This document shows, piece by piece, positions 31,999 through 32,000 of a stretch of 32,000 nucleotides of DNA. Origin of the DNA: Arthrobacter phage Sonali; the sequence record MK411746.1; one strand, 5' to 3'. Each line of letters starts with the position of its first letter. The stretch's first letter is position 1. Made by a program: the position numbers and the translations under genes. The notes below the pieces were generated by a model. That model searched no databases. It was not told the origin of the DNA and worked only from the letters and a program-made list of their open reading frames with translations.

Positions 31999-32000
31999 AA

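Noticed and set aside
1-32000. CRISPR array or cas locus
   Set aside because: No regularly spaced direct repeats seen. The Cas4-like protein is next to RecT, which fits phage recombination rather than CRISPR adaptation.
1-32000. Transposon or IS element
   Set aside because: No transposase motifs or terminal inverted repeats flanking a gene block were seen.

Overview
The window looks like the early/regulatory arm of a temperate, high-GC (about 2/3 GC by eye) actinobacterial tailed phage or prophage. No structural, packaging or lysis genes are recognisable. Layout: (i) a 5'-truncated tyrosine integrase at the left edge. (ii) A leftward block (0.67-4.63 kb) of small genes ending in an ImmA/IrrE-like metallopeptidase and an HTH repressor. 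(iii) A divergent control region (about 4.64-4.96 kb) with two promoter-like signals sharing one -35 area. (iv) A long, tightly overlapping rightward set (4.96-28.4 kb): excisionase-like HTH, SMC/SbcC-like ATPase, Cas4/PD-(D/E)XK-type nuclease, RecT-like annealing protein, SSB, RusA, a HicA-like protein, many tiny Cys-rich ORFs, HTH proteins, two TGT/DpdA-fold proteins, ParB-like proteins and an atypical tRNA-like element. This set ends in dpdA-like/queC/queD/queE/folE, a near self-contained 7-deazaguanine (preQ0) DNA-modification cassette. (v) A second leftward block (28.5-32 kb) with a DUF932-like protein. The main points to follow up are the DNA hypermodification cassette with its second TGT-like paralog, a promoter/operator-plus-leader module repeated at six sites, a recurring start-associated leader (CACCAACCAAGGAG), a strong apparent excess of CCTGGC/GCCAGG, an origin-like repeat cluster at 10.6 kb and an odd tRNA-like element. 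All calls come from reading sequence and motifs only; no database search was run.
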